Part shown: piece after piece, positions 63,361-64,000 of the stretch | Layout of the letters: every line of letters begins with the position of its first letter | Numbering within the stretch: position 1 is the first letter of the stretch | Source of the DNA: Pecten maximus | Lineage: Eukaryota | Assembly (NCBI RefSeq): GCF_902652985.1 | Contig: NC_047022.1 | Location: forward strand, 16,988,001-17,052,000 | Direction of reading: 5' to 3' | DNA: 64,000 nucleotides | The notes under the pieces: generated by a model | The model's input: only the letters and a program-made list of their open reading frames with translations | Told to the model about the DNA's origin: nothing | Database searches by the model: none | Translations under genes and position numbers: made by a program

Positions 63361-63449
63361 CTTTTTTTGCATACCTTACGTTCTGTTTAGCGATTCTTAA
63401 CTAGAATTATGACTTTGTTGTTACGTCGTTATAATCCTGATTTGTTTGT

Positions 63450-63680
63450 GTTGCTGCACAACTGTATGGCGGATACTAAACTTGTGTGACAACCGATGCC
63501 GCACAATTGTATGACTCTTATACAATTATATGGCGGTTGCTATGCAATTGTATAACGGTTGCTGTACATTTGTATGATTGTTGCTGTACTCCTGTACAAC
63601 GATTGTTATATAATTGTATAACGAATGCTTGACAATTTTATGACAGTTGTTGTAATTTCCTGCGACAGTTGCTGTATCTT
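63450..63680. repeat. Degenerate ~22-bp tandem repeat (tgtatgacggttgctgtacaat)
   Basis: Recurring ttgtat..a.gg/gttgct.. motifs. Confidence 0.6.
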
Positions 63681-64000
63681 TAACATGATTTAAACATTTT
63701 GATGATAAAAAGTCGACCCCGATATTGCTTGCATTTATGTACTACATTTGTAGTACATTAAATTCTATACGCGTTGAGTGTAGCTTCATTACATATAAAA
63801 ATCAAATACTTTGTGCACACATCCTATATCTAGGAAGCAATGTCATAATGTCATTGAAGTAATTTAATGTTTCCAATTAGATTACTACGAACTGAAATGA
63901 ACATATACAAGGTTATTGAAATTAGACTGCTGTAAACGTACTCAAATTGTCGTGCATTTCCAAATTATAACAAATCAGTACAAACAGAATGATTGCATTA

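Noticed and set aside
63200-63400. ORF with PGVEFVPGPCG repeats (collagen/elastin-like)
   Set aside because: By-product of a 33-bp minisatellite; non-ATG start, frame broken in an upstream unit, no convincing splice sites.

Overview
AT-rich, intron-rich animal genomic DNA, probably a bivalve mollusc (inferred from repeat types and a mollusc-type C-terminal protein module). Most ORFs in the supplied track are spurious or are single exons running into introns. Main contents: (1) A plus-strand gene (8 coding exons found, 48471-57977; ATG exon not located) encoding signal peptide, vitamin-K-type propeptide, shortened Gla-like domain, 4-Cys module, three TSP1 repeats, coiled segment and TM helix. 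Its propeptide/Gla exon has the same intron phases and 3' intron position as vertebrate coagulation factors; this is the most interesting feature. (2) Two tandem minus-strand SLC13 (Na+/di-tricarboxylate cotransporter) paralogues. Copy A (21907-8283, 14 exons) has a 1-nt frameshift in exon 4. Copy B (38278-29080) has altered motifs, and its exon 5 and last two exons were not found. (3) A degraded plus-strand multi-exon relic between the paralogues, with one exon duplicated at ~61.5 kb. (4) The first coding exon of another secreted protein at 62782. (5) A 2.4-kb tandem duplication, a Helentron/HINE-type element with ~17 x 157-bp monomers, V-domain SINEs, minisatellites and long palindromes. All exon models were read by hand from splice sites and phases; no database searches were run.
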